The notes under the pieces are model-generated. The model was not told where the DNA came from, did not search any database, and saw only the letters and a list, made by a program, of their open reading frames with translations. The translations under genes were made by a program, and so were the position numbers. Below, piece by piece: positions 10,571-21,150 of a DNA stretch of 64,000 nucleotides. Source of the stretch: Candidatus Binatia bacterium (GTDB taxonomy: Bacteria > Desulfobacterota > Binatia > UBA9968 > CAXXLF01); NCBI GenBank assembly GCA_963664015.2, contig CAXXLF010000002.1, positions 1,120,001 through 1,184,000 of the forward strand, read 5' to 3'. The stretch's first letter is position 1, and each line of letters begins with the position of its first letter.

Positions 10571-10714
10571 ATCTCCGTTTTTCACTGACATTTCCCTCTC
10601 TTACCTTTCGCTTTCATTCCACAATCAAAAAGGTTATAAGAATGCCCTTGGCAACCCGAGAGTTCGGGTTATTGCCCGAGGCAAAGTTTTCCATCCTAAG
10701 TTTAGGTTAAAGAG

Positions 10715-12409
10715 ATGTTACACTACATCATTTTTATAGCTGTCTTTTTTCTCGTTCTCACGCCGGTTGCCTTTCTGGTACTCGGAAGTTTCAGCACGGC
10801 GTCGCTGCCCATGGACTTTTCTTTCCAAACCATGGGATGGATCAATTACCTGACCGTCTACAGCGATCCGGGCACCTATGCGCTTTTGAACAACACTGTG
10901 ATCTATGTGGTGGGAAGCGTCACGGTCGCCATTTCCGTTGCAACAGTCCTGGCATGGTTGGTTGAGCGGACTAATATCCCCCTCAAACTCGTGATCTATG
11001 CGGGGGTCCCCATGGAAATGGCAATGCCGGGCATGCTGCAGGCCATGGCCTGGGTGCTGCTGCTGAGTCCCCGTATCGGATTCTTCAACGTCACTCTCAT
11101 GAATTTCCTTGGTCTGTCGGAAGCGCCCCTGAACATCTACTCTCTGGGCGGTATGATATTCATCGAAGGCATGAGTCTCGTATCCACGGCATTCCTCATG
11201 TTGGTTCCCCTGTTTCGTAGTATGGACCCCTCCCTCGAGGAAGCCGCTGCAGTCTCGGGGGGGCGTCCCAGTTCGATCACCCGAAAGATCACCCTGCGTC
11301 TTCTCGCGCCCGGCTTGATCGCGGTGACCGTCTATCAGACCATTTCGGCGATGGAGAGATTCGAGATTCCCGGTGTCCTGGGTTTGCCCGCAGGGATTTA
11401 TGTTTTCAGCACTAAAATTTACTCATTAGTGCATTCGGCGACGTTTCCACCTCCCTATGGCCAGGCCAATGCCCTTTCTATGGCCTATATCGCAATAGCT
11501 GTGGTGGGAATGTATTTCTACTACCGGGTGATCAGACAGTCGGAGAAGTTTACCGTCGTCACGGGGAAGGCGTATCGGCCCCGGCTGGTCAATTTGGGAC
11601 CGTGGCGCTATCCGGCTCTGATCTTCGTCTTTCTCTATCTTTCGGTGGCCATAATCATTCCGTTTTTCACCCTGCTCTTCACCTCTTTTCTACCCTATCT
11701 CCAGACTCCGTCATTCGAAGCCATGAAAATAATGACACTGCAAAACTATCGGATGCTGTTCGAGTTCGAAGAAGCGGGGATCGCTTTGAAGAATACACTG
11801 ATCGTGGTAACAGTCACCTCAACAGCCACGGTATTGTTCTCCTTTGCCATCTCCCTGATTGTGGTCCGGAGCAAGTTCTGGGGACGCAGGATACTAGACC
11901 AACTGGCCTTTATACCGCACCCCATGCCCGGCATGGTTATGGCCCTGGCGTGGGTATGGGTATTTTTGAACTTTGACTTTATTCCCCTCTACGGGACCAT
12001 ATGGTCGATCTGCCTGGCCTTTATGGTCAGCTTTATGGCCTACGGCACTCGCAGTATGAACGCGGCGATTCTCCAGATCCACAAAGAGCTGGAAGAGGCG
12101 GCTTATACCAGCGGCGCGCGCCCCTGGCGAACCATGCTGCGCGTTTTCTTTCCCCTCATGATGCCGGCCTTTGCAGGGGTGTGGATCTGGGCTGCGCTTT
12201 TGTCGTCGCGGGTTGCTGGAACGCCGTTGATGTTGGCCGAGGGAAAGGAAAATACGGTCCTGGCCGTCCTGATCTGGCAGATGTGGGACTGGGGCCATAT
12301 CGGCGCCGTCGCGGCCATCGGCACACTATTGATACTTGCCCTAATGGTCCTGACGATCACAGTGCGTTTCTTGGCGTTCCGCCGCCAAACCCAGGCAGGA
12401 AGTTCTTGA
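10715..12409 (+). CDS. ABC transporter permease, FbpB/iron(III)-type, two fused domains
   Basis: Two EAA loops (DPSLEEAAAVSG, IHKELEEAAYTSGA); LAWLVERTN; FTVVTGK. Confidence 0.9.
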   Translation: MLHYIIFIAVFFLVLTPVAFLVLGSFSTASLPMDFSFQTMGWINYLTVYSDPGTYALLNNTVIYVVGSVTVAISVATVLAWLVERTNIPLKLVIYAGVPMEMAMPGMLQAMAWVLLLSPRIGFFNVTLMNFLGLSEAPLNIYSLGGMIFIEGMSLVSTAFLMLVPLFRSMDPSLEEAAAVSGGRPSSITRKITLRLLAPGLIAVTVYQTISAMERFEIPGVLGLPAGIYVFSTKIYSLVHSATFPPPYGQANALSMAYIAIAVVGMYFYYRVIRQSEKFTVVTGKAYRPRLVNLGPWRYPALIFVFLYLSVAIIIPFFTLLFTSFLPYLQTPSFEAMKIMTLQNYRMLFEFEEAGIALKNTLIVVTVTSTATVLFSFAISLIVVRSKFWGRRILDQLAFIPHPMPGMVMALAWVWVFLNFDFIPLYGTIWSICLAFMVSFMAYGTRSMNAAILQIHKELEEAAYTSGARPWRTMLRVFFPLMMPAFAGVWIWAALLSSRVAGTPLMLAEGKENTVLAVLIWQMWDWGHIGAVAAIGTLLILALMVLTITVRFLAFRRQTQAGSS

Positions 12410-12454
12410 CCTTGACTCCGTTCCCCACGAGGATATGGAGGCTCAACAACGCCA

Positions 12455-13176
12455 ATGAACATACGCCGCCCGATTTTTTGAACCGCAATTGCTAGCATAC
12501 AAGGCCGGACAAAATTGACTCGCGCTTCGGTAGGAGAACAATTTGGACCGACAAGCTTGAAGCCAGCCACCCACGCAAGACGGCAAGAGGGGCTGAATGA
12601 AAGGGCAAGATCGTTTCAGCCGATCCCTTGAGGCCCGGAATCGTAGGCCACGCACTTCGTTTTATTTACCACAATCCCGAATTGGGTCCCCGCTTTTTAA
12701 CACGGCTTTACAGCGAGATCAGTATCAGGTTCAGCAGGGACAAACGCCAAATGGTCGATTGGCTCGCCAGAGGAAGATATCCGGTTTGTCTATTTTGCTA
12801 CAATATCATTGACGCCAAGAAGCAGGGGTTACCGGTGAACTATGTAGGCCCCTACGGTTTGAAAGAAGGCGCAAGCACCGTCCCTATTACTGGAACCCTC
12901 GCCATGATGGATCGAGCTCCTCACGCCAAGGCTACCCGTGTTTTTATCAACTGGTTCTTGTCGCGCGACGGGCAGATGGGTTACCAGAGGACCCGCATTC
13001 CAAGCGGAAGGGGAGCAGACTCTTTAAGGATTGATATTCCAAAGGACGACGTCCCTCCCTGGAGCCGGCGCCGCACAACCGGAAAATACCGGATGTCGAC
13101 CAGACCTGAGTGGATCGATATGAAACCAATCCGTAAAACCATCCAGCGCGCCCGTCTGGAGACTAGCAAAAGATAG
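12455..13176 (+). pseudogene. ABC extracellular solute-binding protein remnant
   Basis: C-terminal half (*KGKIVSADP, with TGA at 12598 in place of W; APHAKATRVFINWFLSRDGQ) resembles the SBP at 39259-40377. The N-terminal half is largely deleted; start is approximate. Confidence 0.75.
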
Positions 13177-13197
13177 AATAGGTTATAAGAGGAAGAC

Positions 13198-13884
13198 TCA
13201 GTTCAGCGTCCGGGAAGGCGTCCCCGAAGGGGATACGTCGGATGCACCTCCGAGTTTAAGGAGGTCGAGCAAGATGGTTTCCCTCTCACCCAGCGATAGC
13301 GCCTCGAGCAAAGCCTGTTTTTCAGCGGGGTGAAGTGGCAGCGCTACCGCGAGCCCATTGATCAAGTCACAGTCTCCGATCTTTTCTAGTTGTGAGATTT
13401 CGATCTGGAAGCCCTGGGCCTTACCGTATTCGGCGAGGGCGCCATTGAGCGCCGCTCGATCGCAACGCCACCCTTCCTGATCCTGGGAGTTGGTAAAGAC
13501 CCCATAGTTTGCCTTCACCCGGCGATAGCCCCGGTGCAGCGAGAGCTCCTCCTCGGTGCGAAAGCAGTTGATGCCCCGCAGTTGAACCATGTAGCGTCCG
13601 TCGGGAGATTCCTCCCATTTCTCTATGTAACCGGCGCAGCCCACGCGATAGAGGTCCGGCGATTCCTTCTCCGCTCCGGGCATCGGGCAACCGTCCTGCC
13701 GCGGAACAACCGGCTGGATCATACCGAAGACCTTCCCGGCCCCCAAGGCGTCTTCGACCATATTACGGTAGCGGAGTTCAAAAATGTGGAGCGGGAGCAC
13801 GGTGCCGGGGAACAGTAGAGTCCCGGTGAGTGGGAAGACGGCAAGAATCTCCGGTAAATCCTTGGAGGTATCCAGATTAGTCAT
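13198..13884 (-). CDS. LON peptidase substrate-binding domain protein
   Basis: Motifs VFPL, LFPGTVLPLHIFELRYRNMV, VGCAG, DGRY, EKQALLEA. Confidence 0.9.
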   Translation of the reverse strand: MTNLDTSKDLPEILAVFPLTGTLLFPGTVLPLHIFELRYRNMVEDALGAGKVFGMIQPVVPRQDGCPMPGAEKESPDLYRVGCAGYIEKWEESPDGRYMVQLRGINCFRTEEELSLHRGYRRVKANYGVFTNSQDQEGWRCDRAALNGALAEYGKAQGFQIEISQLEKIGDCDLINGLAVALPLHPAEKQALLEALSLGERETILLDLLKLGGASDVSPSGTPSRTLN

Positions 13885-13984
13885 AGTCCTATCCTCTGGT
13901 CCTAATCTATCGGGTCAGCCCTGTCGAGGTCAAGAATTGTTTTCATCTGCATCTGAAAAATAAGGGGAAAATCCATACAGGTCA

Positions 13985-14989
13985 TCAGCTTACGAAACCC
14001 GCTAACTCAGCGTAGTTTTGCATCCCGAGATGCCGCTTCCCATCTTCGATCTCATGGATCATCCCACCGAGGGCCTCGCAGAGCGGCGTGGGGACTCCTG
14101 CCCGTCGACCATCCCGGACTACGTGTCCGACCGTGAATTCAACGTGTGTCGTCACACCGGCCTGAAGCAGATGAGGAACCGCGTCGCGATCCTCCCGCGC
14201 GATGCCGATTGCGGCGGCGGCATCAAAGGCCGCGAAGCGATCTTCCAAAGCGTGGCTGGGATAAAAATCAGCCGGATGATACTCGGCCAGTGGTTCGAAT
14301 TGCACCCCCGTAGCGCCACCCACTTGAGTGACCTCACCCAAAAGAGCAACGCACAGGCGACGACTGACTTCATCGGCGCAGACCGTTCTGAGAGGTTCCC
14401 CGGTCAGGGACGTTAACATCCCCAGGCAAGTGTAGCTGAGCTTGCTCCACAAGACACCGCGGATGTTGTCCGTAATTTCGGTCGGGATTACGCTATGAAG
14501 AAGCGCGTGCACAGTTTTGAGCGCTGTCGTTTCCTTGCCATGGAGATGGCCGATAAAGAGACGCCCCTCCGATCCCGTCCTGACGTGGCCGGGAGCCACT
14601 TTCAGGCTACGCATACGCACCACCGCTCCGATGGTCCGATCCGGGCCCACGATCTCCTCGATCAGAGGAGGGTTAAGACCGTTTTGCAGGGATACTAGAA
14701 CACCGTCAGGATCGAAATGGTGGACTACCAGAGTAATTGCGTTCAGGGTGTAATTGGATCGAACCGCAACCAGCCCAACGTCGAATTTTCCCTCCATCTC
14801 ACCAGGTAATATGGCAGGTACGGACACGTTAAAAGCCCCATCGGGGACATCCACCCGCAGCCCGCGCTCAGCGATGGCGCGCAGGTGCTCGACATCCACA
14901 TCCACCAGCGTTACGTCCTTACCCGCACGGGCGAGGCGTCCACCCACGATTCCACCGATAGGCCCGGCCCCAATGACAACGATTCTCAT
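13985..14989 (-). CDS. Ketopantoate reductase (PanE/ApbA) family protein
   Basis: Motifs IGAGPIGG, SLQNG, LWSKL, GVPTP. Confidence 0.85.
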   Translation of the reverse strand: MRIVVIGAGPIGGIVGGRLARAGKDVTLVDVDVEHLRAIAERGLRVDVPDGAFNVSVPAILPGEMEGKFDVGLVAVRSNYTLNAITLVVHHFDPDGVLVSLQNGLNPPLIEEIVGPDRTIGAVVRMRSLKVAPGHVRTGSEGRLFIGHLHGKETTALKTVHALLHSVIPTEITDNIRGVLWSKLSYTCLGMLTSLTGEPLRTVCADEVSRRLCVALLGEVTQVGGATGVQFEPLAEYHPADFYPSHALEDRFAAFDAAAAIGIAREDRDAVPHLLQAGVTTHVEFTVGHVVRDGRRAGVPTPLCEALGGMIHEIEDGKRHLGMQNYAELAGFVS

Positions 14990-15068
14990 GGTTCTTCGTA
15001 GTTCCTATGATTCACCTAGGGGAAATTAAGGCGGAGGTCAAGGGTGACGACCAAAAATATAGATTCGA

Positions 15069-15096
15069 TTGACAGGGTACGATTTAATCGTATAGT
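15069..15096 (+). promoter_or_regulatory. Sigma70-type promoter
   Basis: TTGACA-N16-TATAGT upstream of the amidohydrolase at 15146. Confidence 0.55.
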
Positions 15097-15145
15097 GTCC
15101 ATTCAATCCGCTTCAACGCCTTAACCCAAGCTAGGAGGTTGCCCC

Positions 15146-16234
15146 ATGCTATCGATCAACGGAGAACAGGTCCTCGCTATAGACTCGGATACCCACGTCA
15201 TCGAATCAGAAGATTCGTGGTCCTATCTGGAACCTTCCGAGGAGCACTTCCGCCCAAAGCTTTTCGGTTCTGACAAACACCCGGATCAACAATATTGGAT
15301 ATTGCAGGACAAGGTGGTGGGGTTTCGGTTCCCGAGTCTGACCGCTAAAGAGCTGGAGGAGTTGTCTCAACGTACAGGCCGCGACATGAACACGTCCCCT
15401 GAGACGCGCGAACTTGCCAGGGTGGACCTCCGCTTGCAGCACATGGACCAAGCCGGGATAGACGTTCAAGTGCTCCACAACACCTTGTGGATAGAACAGG
15501 TCACCAATCGCCCCGACGCAGAGCTGGCGCTCTGTCGAAGTTACAATCGCTGGCTCGCGGATACTTGGGCCCGGGGCAAAGGGCGACTGAGATGGTCCTG
15601 CCTTCCTCCTACACTCAGCATCCCCGAAGCCGTTGAAGAGGTTCGTTGGTGCAAGGCCCATGGAGCCGTGGGCATCTGCCTGCGCCCCATTGAGGGGAAC
15701 CACCACCTGGTCGACTCCTACTTTTACCCGCTCTACGAAGAGGCGCAGCGCTTGGACATCCCGATCACGGTCCACATCGCAAATGGTAACCCCACCAACA
15801 TAGACCTTGTAAGACACAGCCTGTTCTGGAGGTTTCGGGTGCCGACCGTGGCCGCCTGCCATAGTTATCTGCGAAGCGAGGTCCCAGAACTGTTTCCCAC
15901 ACTCCGAGTGGGTTTTATCGAAGCGGGGGCCCAATGGCTGGTCTGGGTACTTGAGAGGGTTGTCCGGGGTCTGAACCTTCCCAAGAGCTCGATTCCCGAG
16001 CTCCTGTCAATGAAGCGGGTGTGGGTGACATGTGAGTACGAAGATCACCTGCCGTACCTCATGCAGTACACGGGCGAGGACAACCTGATCATTGGAACGG
16101 ATTACGGGCACACGGACCCATTTTCCAATCTCCAAGCTTTGAAAGAGTTTGTGAATCGCCCTGACCTCAGCGACACGGTTAAAACGAAGATTATCAAAAA
16201 CAACGCGCAGGCTTTTTACGGCCTGTCGGATTAG
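15146..16234 (+). CDS. Amidohydrolase_2 family protein
   Basis: Motifs IDSDTHVIE, FYPLYEEA, TVHI, FIEAG, IGTDYGH. Paralog of 40753-41853. Confidence 0.9.
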   Translation: MLSINGEQVLAIDSDTHVIESEDSWSYLEPSEEHFRPKLFGSDKHPDQQYWILQDKVVGFRFPSLTAKELEELSQRTGRDMNTSPETRELARVDLRLQHMDQAGIDVQVLHNTLWIEQVTNRPDAELALCRSYNRWLADTWARGKGRLRWSCLPPTLSIPEAVEEVRWCKAHGAVGICLRPIEGNHHLVDSYFYPLYEEAQRLDIPITVHIANGNPTNIDLVRHSLFWRFRVPTVAACHSYLRSEVPELFPTLRVGFIEAGAQWLVWVLERVVRGLNLPKSSIPELLSMKRVWVTCEYEDHLPYLMQYTGEDNLIIGTDYGHTDPFSNLQALKEFVNRPDLSDTVKTKIIKNNAQAFYGLSD

Positions 16235-17279
16235 GACACCGATCCTAACAATGAATAACAATTCTCACCAAAGTATCTTACTGGAATACTAGCCAATATT
16301 TTCCTTATACCGCATAACCACTTGTCACGAGCCAATCGGCCCCACGGGCACCTAGGGTTTATTAGTCTTATATCGTGAAATACCTGACGTGTATTGCCCT
16401 CATAGATTTGTTGGCGCTCGCTGCCGAAAAGACACCGGTCCACGCCCACAGCTCTGAATAATAAGTCGAGGCTTTCCCTAGAGTACAGTACTGTATCAAA
16501 ATAGAGACGTCGGAGGCTTTGAGCAAAACTTTTGTCCAATTTCCTACGACCCGGACGATCGTAGTAGCCGCGGAACCGTCCTAGTTGATAAGGAATCGTC
16601 CCACCTCCGTGGCAAACGATCAATTTTAATCTTGGAAAATCCAAAAACACCCGCGACTCGAGCAAGGATATGATGGCGATGCTCTCTTCGTTGATGAAAT
16701 GGAGTGTATAGGGTTCCCTCGGATTACAAAACTACGTAGCGTGAATCAACGCCGGCACGTTCAGCGCCACAAGCTTTTCGTACAGGGGTACCAGTACTCG
16801 TCGCCGAGACCGGGAAGGGGAGGATAGAAGCCTTTTCCCGGATCCGGATTCAGGATACATCCCACAAACCCCAACTCTTTAACGCAACGTTCCAACTCCT
16901 CGCCCCAGACGCTCGGAGAAGTTTTGGGATTCTGGGATAGACCAGCTAATCCACGGAACAAGTCAGGGTGGAGTTGACACTGGCGGTGGATTACGTTGTT
17001 GCCCTGTTCGATGTACCAGCGACCAATTTTTTCCGACTGTTCGTGATGCCCCATGGAAATGGGTCTTAGAGACAGAAATTGGACATCTGTACCGACGTCG
17101 CGAACCTGCTCTATCAGAGATTTTCCGCGGAATGATGGCTTGCTTAAAGGCTCATCAATTTCCTCGTCGGTAAGTTTCAGGCTCCCCCGCCCATGGCTTC
17201 CCCTGGAACTCAAAAGTCCTAACCAGTATGACTGCAGTTTACTAGTAGCGAGGTTATGTCCATGAACGTCAATAATCAT
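16231..17279 (-). pseudogene. Amidohydrolase_2 (LigJ/4-oxalomesaconate hydratase-like), broken
   Basis: MIIDVHGH, LNPDP; frameshift at WYP|LYEK (about 16785); in-frame TAG after IHAT; then HGGGTIPYQLGRF, YFDTV, LFGSE followed by a deletion. 3' end approximate. Confidence 0.8.
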
Positions 17280-17449
17280 TGGCTACCCCACACTGTTCGT
17301 TATCGTCAAAATGCTAGATCGAGGCCCGTGCTGGTCTCTGCTGTAAAGGGGCGAGGGTGTCGACTAGAGGTCACCAGTACTGGACCCTAATAAAAATAGA
17401 TAATTGGACGTCGAAAAATGAATCGAAGGGGATTTGACCCGATGATTAT

Positions 17450-18319
17450 TCAGTTCAGCTCGCCGCTTTGGCGTAGAGTCTCGCAGGTGGGTTTGGAAGG
17501 TTTGATCCCCGAAATCAAAATTCTCTCCCAAAAGACCGTGAGGCGCTCACTCTCGGCACCGCGGCGCCTCTCACCGCACCAGAAACGCTCGGTCCGGCAC
17601 AAGGTCTTTTGGGTCCAAGCTTCGACCAGGTCCTCTCCCCCGGGACCGGAGCGTAGACTGCTGTCATTACCAGTGAGCTCCGCGCGCCAGTCCCATTCGG
17701 CTAGCACCGTCAATTGATAGATGGCGATCACGGCCTGAACGTCGTGGGTTGCGGGCGCCCTCCTTCTTGCCTCATCCAGTTGTCTCCTTGCGCTTTTGAA
17801 CCAACGCACGGCCTTGGTTGGATCGGGCTCGGCACGCCCACCGATGTAATCGTATAGGCCGTAGAGCCCCCGCATCACCACACGATCCCGAGTCCCATAG
17901 GCAATGGAAGGATCACAGGACTCGGGATAGACCTGGCGCAGAAAGGCGAGGAGCTCCTGGCACGTGGCCTTGGCCTCGTCAATCTGTGGCTTATCCAAAC
18001 TCGGGCCTTCCCCACTGACAATTCGATCGGTTTCCAGGTCGGCGATATTGAAAAGGGTAAGCGCCTTCAGTGTGTACGCCACTCCCAGCAATCCATCTTT
18101 TTCCAGTCCCTCTTTATCACCCGCAATCACCTCGTTGACCGTTGCAAGGGCGATTTTATATTGGGACAGGGCGGACAACCGCGAGTGTATGGTGATCGAG
18201 CTTTCGGCCTCGACAGCGTTGCTATAGCTGTCCTGGGCCTCCCTCAAGTTACGTGTGCTGCAGCCTAAAACCAACGTCGCGGCCAGGACAGCCCTGAATA
18301 TTTGGATTCCTCGCACCAC
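17450..18319 (-). CDS. Hypothetical lipoprotein
   Basis: GGAGGAGG RBS, signal peptide with lipobox LVLG-C, predicted helical, intact 289 aa. Confidence 0.7.
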   Translation of the reverse strand: MVRGIQIFRAVLAATLVLGCSTRNLREAQDSYSNAVEAESSITIHSRLSALSQYKIALATVNEVIAGDKEGLEKDGLLGVAYTLKALTLFNIADLETDRIVSGEGPSLDKPQIDEAKATCQELLAFLRQVYPESCDPSIAYGTRDRVVMRGLYGLYDYIGGRAEPDPTKAVRWFKSARRQLDEARRRAPATHDVQAVIAIYQLTVLAEWDWRAELTGNDSSLRSGPGGEDLVEAWTQKTLCRTERFWCGERRRGAESERLTVFWERILISGIKPSKPTCETLRQSGELN

Positions 18320-18337
18320 AGGTCCTCCTCCCTTGGG

Positions 18338-20124
18338 CTACGCCCCTTGCAGCGTCGCCTTGATCTGCATGGCTACGTCTGACAGTAACGGGTCTCTATC
18401 GATCCAACCCCGGATATGGCTTCTTATCTCGTCGAATTGGGATTGTTTGACACCGTTTTCCGCGGCGACGACCGCAAACTTCTCAAGGACCACACCCATG
18501 GCCGCCTGCAGCGCCGAATTGCGTGACTAGCGCCAATGGCTCCTGGTATCGGAACCGCTCCCGAACACGCCCTCGAAAATGGCGTCGAAGGCGAAAGTAA
18601 GGGCGGTCCCGACGGAACCGGCCGCAGCCCCGGGTATTTTTTCCAACAGCGACAGTTCCATAGCCCCTGCCCTCAGCCCGGCCTTGAGAGCGCTGGCTAC
18701 AGTCTCGCTGTTGATCTGTCCCGGGGCGAGCTTGGTGAGAGATGCCATGACAGCGCCAATACAGACACCCACGGGGGTGTCCTCGGCTCCGCCCACGTTG
18801 GAAATCCTCTTCACCCAGTACGGGTTGTCGATCACCTCTTCGAATACGGATTCGGCAACTCCCAGCACCTGCGTTCGTGTAAGGGTCGCCGTCCACTGCC
18901 CACCAACCGGTTCATGGTAAAACTGCTTCAGTAATTCGGATGTGGCAAGAACCAGGAGATGTCTTTTGGGGTCGGTTTCATCGCTCTCCCATAGGAGGTT
19001 CAGATGGCGGCCGGATTTTTCCAGAATGAGCCGCACCAATCCTGGGAACATGTCTTTAGCCTAAGGGGCCTGAACCGTTTCAACCTGGTCGGCAACTTCG
19101 ATGAAAACCTTTTTGAAGCCCTGGTGCCCGATCTTGAGGATATAGGGATTGTCCGTGACCGCCTTGAGCGTTGACTTGAATACCGTATCAAGCCCCTGGC
19201 CGGAGAAAAGTCTTTGAAACTGGAGTTGCCGGTTGGAGTCCGATCCCAGCAAAAGGTCGGCGACGGTACCGCCAATTTCCTTGATGACCGCGCCTTCGTT
19301 TTCGTTGAAACCCAGGATCTTCTCGGGATCCCATAGAACCGTTTCGGCGGTGCCCCGGACCATGGCATGAGCGATCCACTGGGGCTACCCCCCCCTTCCG
19401 TCTGTTTAGTGGTCAGCAGGTTTTTAAGATGCGTCTGGGTCGACTCCGACAGGCACGTTGCAATGTTTATGACGACCTTCTCGGTCGTGTCGCCATTGCC
19501 ACTGAGCTGTGGCTCGTTTTTGACCGCTTCGACGATCGCAATTAGAAGGTCTCCAGCCAGATACTCGAGCGGGGACTCGGCAAAATCCGTGCGGTCAATG
19601 GCCTCCAGAAAGGCACGAAGCGCCCGTCCCTCGGGTTTTTTGTCCGAGATAGCCCCGGGAGTTAGTAGGAAACAATCAATAGCAAGGTTGACAAGGGTTC
19701 CGGCGATTCGCTGGAGCGCTGTGATCCTTCCGCCGGCCTCCCCACTAGACCATTAGCGGATAGTAATGAAGCTCTGGACCTCTTCGATACTGGGCCCTGG
19801 GGCCAGTCGAAACTCATCGGGGAGCTCGGTTTCGAACTGCAGGAAGGCCGCCACATAGAGCTCGATGAGTTCGCTCTCTTCCACAGGATTCAGACTGGTC
19901 TTCTTTAAAAGCAAAGCGATACGGTGGTTTTCTTTTACGATCGCTTGTCCGATCTCACCCCGAAACCATCTCTTGGCCGACAAGCGATTGACCTTCACGC
20001 CACTGAGAAGCGGCAAAGGCATAGAACGGGCCAGGGTCTTTTTCACGTAGACCCGTTTGCCCGCTGAATAGAGTCGAAGCCCATCCGCAATGGCAAAAAT
20101 CACGGTGCTAACGTTTGGTGTCAA
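18338..20124 (-). pseudogene. Large hypothetical protein (about 595 aa), broken
   Basis: Colinear fragments joined by TAA 19753, a frameshift at a G-tract near 19390, TAG 19061 and TAG 18527. Final TAG at 18338 lies just before the lipoprotein RBS. Confidence 0.7.
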
Positions 20125-20202
20125 GATCCCCCCCGTAGATGTTTGAATTGCCCATTATAATTTGTTAGCGTCGTACAGTCCATCAAGTTAGAGAATTTCT
20201 CC

Positions 20203-21126
20203 ATGGCAGAATCCCAGTCCGGCATCCTTCCTGAATCCAACCCGTATGCGCTTTCCCTCATTCTACGCATTCGTGACCCACAGACCCACGCACCGGCCAT
20301 TACTAAAGTCGCTTCTCAAGTGCCCGTACTGCTAATAAAAGTAGGGACCGCCGATCCCAAGGCAAGGCTTGTTTGTACCATGGGTATCGGTTCCGAATTC
20401 TGGGACCTTGTCTCTCCCGGCAAGAGACCTGCGGCCCTCAGACCGTTCAAGGCGATCGAGTCAGGCAGCAAAACGGCGCCCAACACTGGCGGGGATCTCC
20501 TGTTCCACATCATCTCGAAACGTCATGATCTCAATCTGGAGCTAGCCATGCGTTTCAGAAGCCAGTTGGGTGATCTGGTCGAAGTGATGGATGAGACCCA
20601 CGGCTTTCGTTACGTCGATAGCCGCGACCTCACGGGTTTTATCGACGGCACGGAGAACCCCAAGGGGAAAGAGCGAAAAGGGGTGGCGCTGATCGGCAGG
20701 GAAGATCCAGACTTTGCCGGCGGCGCTTACGTATTCACCCAGAAGTATGTGCACAAGCTGGCCAAATGGGCGACCCTTTCTCAGTCGGAACAAGAGAAGG
20801 TCATCGGACGGCGCAAGCCGGACAGCCTAGAGCTTTCAGACAAGATCAAACCGCCCACGGCCCATATCAGTCGGGTCGTCATCAAGGAAAACGGGGAAGA
20901 GTTGGAAATCGTCCGTCACAGTTTTCCCTATGGAACGACTTCCGAATCCGGGCTTTTCTTCATCGCTTACACCAAAGACCTCGATATCCCTGAAAAGATG
21001 CTCAGCCGGATGATGGGGACAGGCGGGGATGGAATACATGACCACCTGATGGACTACACACAGGCGGTCTCTGGGGCCACGTTTTTCGCCCCTTCTTTAA
21101 ATCGTCTCAAGGCGCTGGCGAGATAA
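20203..21126 (+). CDS. Dye-decolorizing (DyP-type) peroxidase
   Basis: Motifs GGDLLFHI, RDLTGFIDGTENP (GxxDG), QEKVIGR, AHI, IVRHSFPYG, GLFFIAY, FFAPS. Confidence 0.93.
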   Translation: MAESQSGILPESNPYALSLILRIRDPQTHAPAITKVASQVPVLLIKVGTADPKARLVCTMGIGSEFWDLVSPGKRPAALRPFKAIESGSKTAPNTGGDLLFHIISKRHDLNLELAMRFRSQLGDLVEVMDETHGFRYVDSRDLTGFIDGTENPKGKERKGVALIGREDPDFAGGAYVFTQKYVHKLAKWATLSQSEQEKVIGRRKPDSLELSDKIKPPTAHISRVVIKENGEELEIVRHSFPYGTTSESGLFFIAYTKDLDIPEKMLSRMMGTGGDGIHDHLMDYTQAVSGATFFAPSLNRLKALAR

Positions 21127-21150
21127 CCGCCACCTTACCCCTCTTGCAAA

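Noticed and set aside
15206-15934. Long antisense ORFs (also 21928-22662 and 48411-48971)
   Set aside because: They are shadows of well-supported genes in GC-rich DNA and carry no recognisable motifs.
20203-21126. Encapsulin cargo DyP system
   Set aside because: No C-terminal targeting peptide (the protein ends RLKALAR) and no adjacent encapsulin gene.
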